DNA from: Chthoniobacterales bacterium
GTDB taxonomy: Bacteria > Verrucomicrobiota > Verrucomicrobiia > Chthoniobacterales > UBA10450
NCBI GenBank assembly: GCA_040004745.1
Contig: JBDUAH010000001.1
Location: 1 to 33,081, forward strand
Direction: 5' to 3'
Length of the DNA stretch: 33,081 bases
Under the pieces are notes generated by a model that made no database searches, was not told where the DNA came from, and saw only the letters and a list, made by a program, of their open reading frames with translations. The translations under genes were made by a program, and so were the position numbers. Each line of letters starts with the position of its first letter. Within the stretch, counting starts at the first letter, position 1. Shown piece by piece: positions 1 through 8,711 of the stretch.

Positions 1-2
1 GG

Positions 3-635
3 TTGTATCCCCTGCCCTTGCGACCGTTCTTGCAGAAGGTGGACCAGGAACGCTTGCAAGCGCTGCGCGCGCAGCATATCCAGGGTGCAAAAACGTATGC
101 GCCCCATCGTCAGCATTACGTGAAATATCTCGATGTGGAGCGCCACCTCGCGGCCAACATCCATCGCGTTCAAGATCTCGGTCTCCATCGTTCACCACCC
201 ACGGACGTGCTCGATATCGGCTGCGGCGGCGGGTTTTTTCTCTTCGTCCTCAAGCATCTCGGGCACACTGGCCTCGGCCTTGATACGGAGGAAATTCCGC
301 TGTTCACCAGCTTGGTGGAACTGCTCGGAGTGGAGCGCAAGATTTGCACCGTGCGCGCATTTGAGCCGCTCCCAGACTTGGGCCGGAAGTTCGACTGGAT
401 CACCAGCTACTCGACGGCATTTCACGGCTCGGTCGGCCAACCGTGGCGCTGGGGCGTGGCGGAATGGTCGTTCTTTCTCGACGACCTTCAGCGCCATCTC
501 AAGCCAGGCGGGCGAATCTTCTTCGGATTAAATCCGGCCTACGACGGCGCGTATTACACTCCGGAGCTTCTTCAATTTTTCCTCGCGCGAAATGCACACG
601 TCGAACGCGAAAACGTGCTCTTCCCTCCCGGTTGA
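3..635 (+). CDS. class I SAM-dependent methyltransferase; the ORF is open to the window edge, so the 5' end is probably outside the window
   Basis: ORF 3..635. It has the Rossmann motif I VLDIGCGGGFF followed by LGLD, and a later LKPGGRIFF motif, both typical of SAM methyltransferases. Codon third positions are GC-rich like the neighbouring genes. Confidence 0.7.
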   Translation: MYPLPLRPFLQKVDQERLQALRAQHIQGAKTYAPHRQHYVKYLDVERHLAANIHRVQDLGLHRSPPTDVLDIGCGGGFFLFVLKHLGHTGLGLDTEEIPLFTSLVELLGVERKICTVRAFEPLPDLGRKFDWITSYSTAFHGSVGQPWRWGVAEWSFFLDDLQRHLKPGGRIFFGLNPAYDGAYYTPELLQFFLARNAHVERENVLFPPG

Positions 636-700
636 AACCCACCCTCCTCCGCACAAGTGTCCAGGCGTGCGTCGGCAGAAATTCGAAGCGCTTATAGCCG

Positions 701-1678
701 ATGCAAACCCCTTCGCGCGCTGCGATCCTGGCCGCCTTCGCTTCGATCTACCTGATCTGGGGTTCCACCTATCTCGCCATCCTTTTTGCGATTCGCTCCA
801 TTCCGCCGCTGCTCATGGCGGGAACGCGTTTCCTTTGCGCGGGCGCGATCCTTTATCTGGCGGCGCGGCTCAGCGGTGCCGCTCGTTCACGCCCGATCGA
901 ATGGCGCACCGCTGCAATCGTCGGCGCGTGTCTGCTCTTGGGCGGCAACGGCGGCGTCACGCTGGCGGAACAATATGTTCCGTCCGGTTTAGCCGCGCTG
1001 CTGGTGGCGACGGTGCCGCTGTATGTCGTTCTTTTGAGCTGGCTATTTGGAATGACGGAACGCCCGCGGCCCATGACTATGGTGGGCCTGGCCGGAGGAT
1101 TCATCGGAGTCGGTGTCTTGATTGCACCGGCACTCCGAAATTCCGATGGGGACGCGACACCGCATGCCTGGATCGGGATGGCCATTCTGTTGTTTTCGTC
1201 CTTCATCTGGTCGGCGGGCTCGCTTTATTCGCGTCATGCGCAAGGCACGGCTTCGCCCTTCCTGGCCGCGGGACAGCAAATGCTTTGCGGCGGCACGCTA
1301 CTCCTGCTGGCGGGGCTGGCACGTGGTGAAAGTTCGCAGCTTCGCCTGGCGGACGTCTCGATGGTTTCGTTAGGCGCGTTTGTCTATCTGGTCGTGATCG
1401 GCGGAATCATCGGTTACGCTTCCTACGCGTGGCTCTTGCGCTACTGCGATCCGGGCAAGGTGGCGACCTACGCGTATGTGAATCCGGTGGTGGCCGTTTT
1501 GCTGGGCGCTGTTTTCGCTGGCGAAAAACTCTCTCTCCTAACGGGCGTGGCGGCTTTCATCATCATCATCTCCGTCGCCGTCGTCATCACTGCCGGGAGA
1601 CGACGCGCCGCACCCACGCCCGAAGTCGCGTGCCCGGAAAAGGCAGCTACTCCGTCCGGAGCGCGACCATCGGATTAA
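701..1678 (+). CDS. EamA/DMT-superfamily transporter (drug/metabolite exporter family)
   Basis: 325-aa ORF with about 10 hydrophobic helices arranged as two EamA-like halves. The N-terminus (AAILAAFASIYLIWGSTYLAI) is typical of YedA/RhaT-like DMT permeases. The 3' end overlaps the convergent permease gene by 32 nt. Confidence 0.8.
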   Translation: MQTPSRAAILAAFASIYLIWGSTYLAILFAIRSIPPLLMAGTRFLCAGAILYLAARLSGAARSRPIEWRTAAIVGACLLLGGNGGVTLAEQYVPSGLAALLVATVPLYVVLLSWLFGMTERPRPMTMVGLAGGFIGVGVLIAPALRNSDGDATPHAWIGMAILLFSSFIWSAGSLYSRHAQGTASPFLAAGQQMLCGGTLLLLAGLARGESSQLRLADVSMVSLGAFVYLVVIGGIIGYASYAWLLRYCDPGKVATYAYVNPVVAVLLGAVFAGEKLSLLTGVAAFIIIISVAVVITAGRRRAAPTPEVACPEKAATPSGARPSD

Positions 1679-4232
1679 TCCGGGTGGCGCGCCGCGCGGG
1701 CAACCACGTGGCAAGAACAGCGGCGGCGGCGAGAAGGAGCGGCGCGAGAGTGAAGGCGAGCGGATCAAATGCGCCCACCTCGTAGAGAATTCCGCTCAGG
1801 AGTTTCCCGGTTCCGGCGGCGAGCAACAGACCGATGGCAACGCCGCTTGCCAGCATGACAAAGCCTTCGCGTAAGATCATCCACTGCACGGTTTCCCGTT
1901 GCGCGCCCAGCGCCATCCGGATTCCGATCTCGCGCGTCCGCCGCGCGACGGAATACGCTTTCACTCCATAAACGCCCACCACCGCGAGGCCGAGCGCGAC
2001 AAACCCGAAAACACTGAACAAAGCCGCGCCCGCGCGCACGACCCAGAGCTGGAGGTTGGCGTCGAGATGTTGCGCGAAAGTTTTGAGACCGAGGACGGGC
2101 AACGCGGAATCAACTTCCCGGACGGTGCGACGCAGAAGGTCGGCCGTCGCGGTGGTGTCGCGCGCCGCACCCGGCGCGAATTTAATGTGGAAGAAGACGT
2201 TGCTCTGAAAGCCGCCCGCGAACGGCAGATAGAGTGCTCCGGGAGGATCCTTTTCGAAGAGGCTCTCGCGGGTGAAAGGCGCGATGCCGATCACCTCGAG
2301 TTGCTGGGCCGGTTCGCCATTGCCTTGGGCCTGCGTGCCCACGCCTCCGCCGCCGCCGCCTTTGGCCCGGGGAGCACCATCCGGAGCGAATTGAATCTGC
2401 TGACCGAGGGCGTCGCCGTCCGGCCAAAGTTTTTTCGCCAGGACCTCGTCGATAATCGCCACGCGCGCCTTGACCTGATGCATCGCTTCCGCGGTGTTGA
2501 AAACGCGACCGCGCAGCAGGTGCAAACCGACGGCTGAGAAGTAATCCGCGCCAACGCTGTTCCAGCGCGCGTCATAGGCGAGACCTTCGGCTGCGGTGGC
2601 CGGTTTGGAATCGGGCGCAGGATTGGCTCCGCCACGCTGGATGTTTTTGCTTAACGACACCATGCCGAACGGCACCGTCGACGAAATGCCGACATGTTCG
2701 ACACCGGGAAGAGCGGCGAGCCGTTCCTCCAACGCGCGATAAATATTTTGCGACCGCGCTTGATCATAGCCGGCCAGGCTTCCGTCGAGTTCGACCAGAA
2801 AATTCTGTCCCGTCTCAAGGCCGGTATCGACTGAAGCCGCTTTGCCCGCGCCGCGAATGAAAAGCGCAGCGGCTGTGAGGAGCGCTAGCGAGAAGGCGAT
2901 TTGAATCACCACCAGGGGATTGCGAGGCAGGAATTTCCAGCGACGTCGAACCGCATCTTCACCCGCGTGCTCCTTCAAATCGCCGATCACGGCGGCGCGC
3001 GACAATTTCAACGCCGGCCCGAGGGCAAAGAAGAGCGTGCCAAGCAAACAAAATGCCAGCGTCGCAACGAGCACGGACGCGTTGAGTCCGCCCTTCCAGA
3101 CCATGTCGACCGGCATCATGTTGCCTAACGAAGCGACGAGCAGTTCGGACGACCATAGGCCTAACAACAGGCCGAATCCGCTCCCAACGAGAGCGAGCGC
3201 AAAGCCTTCGATCAAAAGTTGGCGCACGATCCGCCAGCGGGTCGCCCCGAGGGCCAGTCGGATCGCGATCTCCTTCCGCCGCGCGGTCCCGCGGGCGAGC
3301 AACATATTGGCCAAATTTAAACAGGCGACGAGCAGGACGACCGCGGCCATCCCGAAGAGCAGCGGCGCGAGCGTTTTCACTTCGCCATCGCCGGAAGGGC
3401 TGTTGCTGGTGGAAAAACGCGAGAGCGGCGTGGTCATGAACGTCTGGTTCTTTAGCTCGACTGGGAATGCTTGCTCCAAATTTGCCGCGAGCGTCTTCAA
3501 CGCTGGCTCGGCCGCCGCGGCGGTCATGTTTGGCTTTAGACGAGCGATGATGAAGAGCGACGTGCCGGCACGGTCATCGAGCGACTTATGATTCGTGGTT
3601 TGAAAATCGTTCACAATATGGTCATGCACGCCGAGCGGCACCCAGATTTCCGGGGCGAAAACTTGCATCGTGCCGGTGAACCCTTTCGGCAAAATGCCGA
3701 TCACGGTGAAGGGCCGACTATTGATCAGAATGCTGGAGCCGAGCAACGCGGGATCGAGCGCCTGCTTTTGCCAGTAGCTGTAGCTGACGACGGCCACGGC
3801 TGGATTGCTCCCTGGTTTTTCTTCCGCCGGCAAAAAGCCGCGGCCATGAATCGGCTGGACGCCGAGCACCGAGAAGTAATTGGCGCTTACGATGTCGGCA
3901 AAGGTGCGACGCGTGTTGCCCTTATCGCCCACGCCTACCATGGCCATGTTGTGCGCCATAACGTCGGCGAAGACGCTATTTTGATCGCGGATATCGATGT
4001 AGGTCGGATAGGAAAATCCGCGAAATCTTTTCGGCTCTTTCTTATCCTGCGAGAAGATCTGAACGATTTCCGCCGGCTTCGCGAACGAAGGCGGCTGGAA
4101 GAGCATCGTGTCGAGCAAGCTGAAGATCGCGGTGTTCGCGCCAATGCCGAACGCGAGCACGGTGACAGCGGCGATGGTGAAGCCGCGCGCTTTTATAAGT
4201 TGGCGGAGGGCGAAGCGGAAGTCGTGCAGCAT
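1647..4232 (-). CDS. ADOP-family duplicated ABC-transporter permease (two MacB/FtsX-like halves)
   Basis: 861 aa. The N-terminus MLHDFRFALRQLIKARGFTIAAVTVLAFGIGANTAIFS is the characteristic ADOP/MacB-like start. Two FtsX-type 4-TM modules each end with ...R(R/T)REI(A/G)IR(L/M)ALGA. No cognate ATPase gene is adjacent. Confidence 0.85.
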   Translation of the reverse strand: MLHDFRFALRQLIKARGFTIAAVTVLAFGIGANTAIFSLLDTMLFQPPSFAKPAEIVQIFSQDKKEPKRFRGFSYPTYIDIRDQNSVFADVMAHNMAMVGVGDKGNTRRTFADIVSANYFSVLGVQPIHGRGFLPAEEKPGSNPAVAVVSYSYWQKQALDPALLGSSILINSRPFTVIGILPKGFTGTMQVFAPEIWVPLGVHDHIVNDFQTTNHKSLDDRAGTSLFIIARLKPNMTAAAAEPALKTLAANLEQAFPVELKNQTFMTTPLSRFSTSNSPSGDGEVKTLAPLLFGMAAVVLLVACLNLANMLLARGTARRKEIAIRLALGATRWRIVRQLLIEGFALALVGSGFGLLLGLWSSELLVASLGNMMPVDMVWKGGLNASVLVATLAFCLLGTLFFALGPALKLSRAAVIGDLKEHAGEDAVRRRWKFLPRNPLVVIQIAFSLALLTAAALFIRGAGKAASVDTGLETGQNFLVELDGSLAGYDQARSQNIYRALEERLAALPGVEHVGISSTVPFGMVSLSKNIQRGGANPAPDSKPATAAEGLAYDARWNSVGADYFSAVGLHLLRGRVFNTAEAMHQVKARVAIIDEVLAKKLWPDGDALGQQIQFAPDGAPRAKGGGGGGVGTQAQGNGEPAQQLEVIGIAPFTRESLFEKDPPGALYLPFAGGFQSNVFFHIKFAPGAARDTTATADLLRRTVREVDSALPVLGLKTFAQHLDANLQLWVVRAGAALFSVFGFVALGLAVVGVYGVKAYSVARRTREIGIRMALGAQRETVQWMILREGFVMLASGVAIGLLLAAGTGKLLSGILYEVGAFDPLAFTLAPLLLAAAAVLATWLPARRATRINPMVALRTE

Positions 4233-4316
4233 ATCAGTGTGATGCCGCTCGCTTGCTCTTTGGATTCAAGAACTTCGCGGGAGTCGTCGGCGCTGGTGAA
4301 TTGGGCGGCCCGCTAC

Positions 4317-4425
4317 GTCATCCCGAGCTTGTCGAGGGATCCCGAATTCGCTCTGTCGTTAACGCGATACGACAGAGCGCAATCGACAGTGCGACGGTGA
4401 GATCCCTCGACCAGCTCGGGATGAC
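4317..4425. repeat. nested palindromic REP/MITE-like element (25-bp inverted repeat enclosing a 10-bp perfect hairpin)
   Basis: Left arm GTCATCCCGAGCTTGTCGAGGGATC (4317-4341) matches the reverse complement of GATCCCTCGACCAGCTCGGGATGAC (4401-4425) at 24/25 positions. Inner inverted repeat is CGCTCTGTCG (4349-4358) / CGACAGAGCG (4370-4379). A 10-bp direct repeat TCGGCGCTGG lies on both sides (4287-4296 and 4430-4439). Confidence 0.7.
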
Positions 4426-4449
4426 CCGCTCGGCGCTGGAGACTTACCG

Positions 4450-7400
4450 CTAGTCGGTAGCCGCCCGTTCCGTTTCGCCTTCGAGATACCGGGCAAACAT
4501 TCCCTCCGCGGTCGACGACTCCGGCGCGTAGGCCAGCGCCGGAAGATTCTTCGCTTTCAACTGATCGTTCAGCGCCGGCAGGTCTTTGCTGTTCAGTTGC
4601 TCGAATTCCTTCGTCACCTCGTCGAGCTCTTTCTTGAGCGTATCGATGTAAGTCATCTGATAGTCAGCCGGCTTGCCTTCGTAGCTCAAGATTGCGCCGT
4701 AGAGTTGATCGGTGTGTTCGCGCAGGCGCTCTTCGCCGGTAATGGCGCCACCTTCCGTGGTCGCGACGATCTTCTTTCGAACGGCGTCCACCTTTCCGTC
4801 AAAATCAGTGAGCGTTTTGCGGAGAGCATCGCCTTCCGGCAATCCTTTCGCCGATTTCGCGATCGCTGCGCGCAAAGGCAGAATCTTGTCCATGAGCGCG
4901 CTTTCCTCGCCGAAGAGCGCATGCACGCGCATGGCGGCATCGTATTGCGCTTTGCGATCGGCTTCAGTGAATTTCGCGCGGCGATCCAGCGCGACGTTCA
5001 GCTTGGTCTCGAGGACTTTTCCGTTCTTGGTCATGCGCACAGTGTAGGTGCCGGGCAAGACGCGGGGACCTTGCGTGCCGGCAAACGCGAGCTGCGCCGC
5101 CGGTGGTACCCGGGGCGGCTTTTCTTGCATGCCCCAAGTGACGCGGTTGAGACCCGGACGTTTGCTCGCGGGCAGCTCATCGAGCACGCGGCCGCTGGCA
5201 TCCAGGACTTCGATCTTCAGCCGGCCAATGAGGTGACGCGAACGCTGATAGTAGGTGATGACGGCGGCGTCCGGCGGATTATCGCCCACGAAAGTGGCCG
5301 CGCCGGCGGCTCCACCACCGTTGCCTTCAAGACGCTGTTGCACCGGCCGCGCATCCACGAAGGCGGCTTCCTGGCCTAACAAGTCTGGCGAAAGCGCCCG
5401 GAGCGGCGTGATGTCGTCGATGATCCAGATGCCACGGCCGTGGGTCGCGAGCACGAGTTCGTTGTCACGCGGATGGATGGCGATATCGCGCACCGAGACC
5501 GCAGGAAACCGGCCGCCTTTGAACTGCGCCCAGTTCTTTCCACCATCGATCGACATCCAAAGTCCGAATTCCGTTCCGAGGAACAGCAGATCCGGTTTGA
5601 CCAAATCTTCTTTGATTACGTGCGCGTAGCCTTGCACGCCTGAAAGTTCCGCCGGTGTGATGAGCGGCGTCCACGTCTTGCCGAAATCCCCCGTCTTGTA
5701 GAGATAAGCGGTCATATCGCCAAACGTGTGACGATCGAAGGTGGCGTAGGCCGTGCCGGGCTGAAAATTGCTCGCTTGAACCCAGCTCACCCACGAATTC
5801 TTCGGCAGATCTTTGATGTTGCCGACCACGTTGGCCCACGTCTTCCCGGCGTCGCGCGTGACCTGCAAATTGCCGTCATCGGTGCCGACCCAAATGACGT
5901 TCTTGTCCTTGGGCGACTCGCTAATGGAGAAAATGGTGGTGTGCATTTCCGCCGCCGAATTGTCGATCGTGACGCCACCGGATTGCTCCTGCTTCTGCTT
6001 CTCGGGATCGTTCGTGGTCAGGTCGGGCGAGATTCGGTCCCAGCTCTGCCCCTGATTGCGCGAGCGGAAAAGGAACTGCGCGCCGATGTAAATCGTGCCC
6101 TTCTCGTTAGGCGAAAGCGCGATCGGCGTGTTCCAATTCCAGCGCAACTTTTCGTTGGGGTTGGGCTTCGGTTGGATGTCGCGACCTTCATGCGTCTTGC
6201 GATTGACGCGGCCAATGGTGCCGCCCTGCGCTTCGGCATAGAGGTAATCGGGATCGGACGGATCCGGGAACATCCAGAAGCCGTCGCCACCGTAGAAAGC
6301 TTCCCACTGCGCGTTCGAGATGCCGCCCGGGTATTGCGATGGGCTGGACCAGGAACCATTATCCTGGAGGCCGCCGTAAACGTGATACGGGTCCGCGTCG
6401 TCCAGGCTCACGTGATAGAACTGCGAGATAGGGAGGTTTTCGCCTTTCCACCACTTGGTGCCGCCGTTGTACGAATACCAAATCCCGCCGTCGTCGGCGG
6501 CAATCACGCTCTGCGGATTTAGCGGATCTATCCAGACGTCATGCACGTCTCCATGCGCGCCATTAAATCCACCTACGGTCGCGAAGCTCTTGCCCGCGTC
6601 CTCGCTCATAATGAGCGCACCGTCCGTCTTGAAAAGACGATCGGGATTCTTCGGATCGACAATCAGGTTGGCGAAGTAAAACGGACGCCAAACCATCCAG
6701 GTGCTTTTGTCGCGTTGATCCCAGGTCGCACCGCCATCATCGGAAACGAAGAGAGCGCTGTTCGGCGATTCGACGAAGCAATAGACGCGCTTCGCGTTTG
6801 ACGGAGCGATCGCAACGGCAAGGCGGCCATAGGGTTTCTTCGGAAAACCTTTGGCGTTTTCAGGCGTCACTTCATTCCACGTCTTGCCGCCATCGGTGGA
6901 ACGGAAGAGGCCGCTCGCGGAAGGCGCCTCCGGGCCGTCGCCACCGGAACGAAAGGTCCAGCCTTTCCGGCGATAATCCCACATACTGGCGAAGAGAATG
7001 TCGGGGTTAGTCGGATCGAGATCGACATCCGAACAGCCGGTTGAAAGATTACCGCCCTTCAAAATCAGATTCCACGTCCGGCCACCGTCCGTCGTCTTGT
7101 AGAGGCCGCGATCAGGCGAATCGCTCCAGAGCGGACCGAGCACCGCCACATAGGCGGTCTCGCCGTTTGCCGGGCTGACGGCGATTTTGGCGATGCGTTC
7201 CGAGTTCGGCAAACCGGCGCGCGTCCAGGTCTCCCCGCCGTCGGTGGAACGATAAACGCCGTTCCCGACGGAAACAGTGTTGCGGGTCCAAGGTTCGCCC
7301 GTTCCGACCCAAACGTTCTTTGGATTTTTCGGATCGAGCGCAACCGCGCCGACAGATTGCACCGGCTGTTCGTCGAAAACGGGTTTGAAAGTCGTCCCGC

Positions 7401-7626
7401 CATCCTCCGATTTCCAAAGGCCGCCACTGGCCGCGCCGATGAAGATGGTGGTCTTGCCGGAAGGATCATTCGTCGCCGCGATGGCATCAATGCGACCGCT
7501 CATGGTGGCGGAACCGATATTGCGCGCGCCGAGACCGGAGATGGTGGAGGAATTGTACGGCGCCTGGTCGGCCGCGACGGCCAGGCTAACGAGTGAAAGC
7601 GAGAAGAGAGTGAAGAGAGAACGCAT
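4450..7626 (-). CDS. secreted BNR/Asp-box repeat protein, sortilin/VPS10-like (GH74-like double beta-propeller) with a helical C-terminal region
   Basis: 1058 aa with a signal peptide (MRSLFTLFSLSLVSLAVAA). There are at least 10 Asp-box repeats (SxDxGxTW), e.g. KSEDGGTTF, RSTDGGETW, KTTDGGRTW, RSTDGGKTW, VSDDGGATW, SIDGGKNW. Confidence 0.85.
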   Translation of the reverse strand: MRSLFTLFSLSLVSLAVAADQAPYNSSTISGLGARNIGSATMSGRIDAIAATNDPSGKTTIFIGAASGGLWKSEDGGTTFKPVFDEQPVQSVGAVALDPKNPKNVWVGTGEPWTRNTVSVGNGVYRSTDGGETWTRAGLPNSERIAKIAVSPANGETAYVAVLGPLWSDSPDRGLYKTTDGGRTWNLILKGGNLSTGCSDVDLDPTNPDILFASMWDYRRKGWTFRSGGDGPEAPSASGLFRSTDGGKTWNEVTPENAKGFPKKPYGRLAVAIAPSNAKRVYCFVESPNSALFVSDDGGATWDQRDKSTWMVWRPFYFANLIVDPKNPDRLFKTDGALIMSEDAGKSFATVGGFNGAHGDVHDVWIDPLNPQSVIAADDGGIWYSYNGGTKWWKGENLPISQFYHVSLDDADPYHVYGGLQDNGSWSSPSQYPGGISNAQWEAFYGGDGFWMFPDPSDPDYLYAEAQGGTIGRVNRKTHEGRDIQPKPNPNEKLRWNWNTPIALSPNEKGTIYIGAQFLFRSRNQGQSWDRISPDLTTNDPEKQKQEQSGGVTIDNSAAEMHTTIFSISESPKDKNVIWVGTDDGNLQVTRDAGKTWANVVGNIKDLPKNSWVSWVQASNFQPGTAYATFDRHTFGDMTAYLYKTGDFGKTWTPLITPAELSGVQGYAHVIKEDLVKPDLLFLGTEFGLWMSIDGGKNWAQFKGGRFPAVSVRDIAIHPRDNELVLATHGRGIWIIDDITPLRALSPDLLGQEAAFVDARPVQQRLEGNGGGAAGAATFVGDNPPDAAVITYYQRSRHLIGRLKIEVLDASGRVLDELPASKRPGLNRVTWGMQEKPPRVPPAAQLAFAGTQGPRVLPGTYTVRMTKNGKVLETKLNVALDRRAKFTEADRKAQYDAAMRVHALFGEESALMDKILPLRAAIAKSAKGLPEGDALRKTLTDFDGKVDAVRKKIVATTEGGAITGEERLREHTDQLYGAILSYEGKPADYQMTYIDTLKKELDEVTKEFEQLNSKDLPALNDQLKAKNLPALAYAPESSTAEGMFARYLEGETERAATD

Positions 7627-7641
7627 GGTGTGTGAGGAAAA

Positions 7642-8397
7642 TTACTTGGCGGGATTAGCGGGGAATTCAAAGGTCGCTTCGTCCACAGGCACGTTGCCTT
7701 TGGCTTCGTCGAAAATGATTTTCTGCTTGTTCGAACCGCCTTTGCGGCCCGACTCGATCGACATCGGCAAGTAAACGCCGTTAACCTTTTCGTAGTCGCT
7801 CAGGTCGGTTTCGGTCTCGACTTGCGCGCCGTGTTCCGTGCGCTGCGAGAGGATGCGAATCTCGAGAAAATAATCCGGATCGAGATAAACGTAGTTCACG
7901 TCGCCGTTCTTGCGCGTGACCTTCAGCTTGTGCGCTTGGGTGCCATCGACATCCTCGGTTCCGAGATACTCGACCTGGCTCCCCTTCTCTTTCAAATCAA
8001 CCAGCGGTCCGACGATTTCCGCGTCCTCGACCAGCGACTTTGTTTCATCCGCCGACATTTTTTCCGGATCCTTCCGGCCTTGGAAGGGTGAGATCTTCCA
8101 GCCATTCTTGCCGTCGAAGGACTGCACCATCGTCATTCCTTGCAGGGTGAATTCCTCGCGCACGGAATCGGGCTGCTTCTTAATTTCGGTGACCTTGAAT
8201 TCCATCTTGCCCTGATTGACCAACATCTTGCCGGTGAGCTTCACGCTCTCGAGCGCTTTGATCGCCTTGGCGCCGCCTTTCGCTTCGATGGTCTTGTCGA
8301 CCAACTGCTCGGCGGTCATTTGTTTCGTTTCCTGCGCGCGGGCGAAAGAGAGGGCGATGGCGAGGCCGAAGAAGGGAAGGAAGAGGCGTGGACTCAT
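7642..8397 (-). CDS. LolA-like outer-membrane lipoprotein-sorting family protein (secreted)
   Basis: 251 aa with a signal peptide (MSPRLFLPFFGLAIALSFARAQ). Size and alternating beta-strand pattern resemble LolA-fold 'lipoprotein-sorting' proteins. It lies 15 bp upstream of the BNR gene on the same strand, so the two are probably an operon. The family call is from memory only. Confidence 0.5.
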   Translation of the reverse strand: MSPRLFLPFFGLAIALSFARAQETKQMTAEQLVDKTIEAKGGAKAIKALESVKLTGKMLVNQGKMEFKVTEIKKQPDSVREEFTLQGMTMVQSFDGKNGWKISPFQGRKDPEKMSADETKSLVEDAEIVGPLVDLKEKGSQVEYLGTEDVDGTQAHKLKVTRKNGDVNYVYLDPDYFLEIRILSQRTEHGAQVETETDLSDYEKVNGVYLPMSIESGRKGGSNKQKIIFDEAKGNVPVDEATFEFPANPAK

Positions 8398-8711
8398 AAG
8401 CGGATACTAGCTGCGATGGTTCGAGTTTGAAAAGCGACTGCGCAAAAAATTGCAAGAACAAGCGGATCAGGCTGCACGCCGCCACCGTATGCAGGGAGCA
8501 TGCCAAGGATTTCGAGTTAGCCTTAAGATCTTTAGCGGAAAACGTTTACGATTCTTTCGACTCAATCCGATCTGTGTCCCCGATTACGAAAACGGGATTT
8601 AAGCGTGCCAAGGTTGGGACGGCAGCCGGCCGCAAAACTGCGAAGGAGCATAAATTGCCTTGAATAAAACAGACGATTTCGGCACACCCTCCAGGAAGCC
8701 TCCTTAACATT

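Noticed and set aside
592-1329. Same-strand out-of-frame ORFs overlapping real genes (592..1329, 133..531, 1429..1785, 30416..30883, 11329..11751, 10303..10635).
   Set aside because: They are alternative frames of motif-bearing genes (EamA, methyltransferase, coiled-coil protein, TonB receptor). Their composition is typical of off-frame GC-rich translation (Arg/Pro/Ser-rich).
1647-1678. 32-nt convergent overlap of the EamA and ADOP permease 3' ends. Similar 4-nt overlaps occur at 29313-29316 and 31099-31102.
   Set aside because: Convergent 3' overlaps are common in compact genomes. The EamA tail is low-complexity and its true stop position does not change the interpretation. They are not evidence of anything unusual.
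2344-2360. GCC/GCCGCC simple repeat (CCTCCGCCGCCGCCGCC).
   Set aside because: It lies inside the ADOP permease CDS and simply encodes a poly-Gly linker (KGGGGGGVG) in the periplasmic domain. It is not an independent repeat element.
8398-8711. 314-bp lower-GC divergent region upstream of the TonB-dependent receptor, including the 78-aa ORF 8427..8663. I looked for a riboswitch (for example a cobalamin B12 box) or a Fur box.
   Set aside because: I could not recognise a B12-box, a Fur-box or any other known motif. The 78-aa ORF starts at TTG, has weaker GC3 bias than neighbouring genes and shows no family features. It is treated as promoter/leader DNA.
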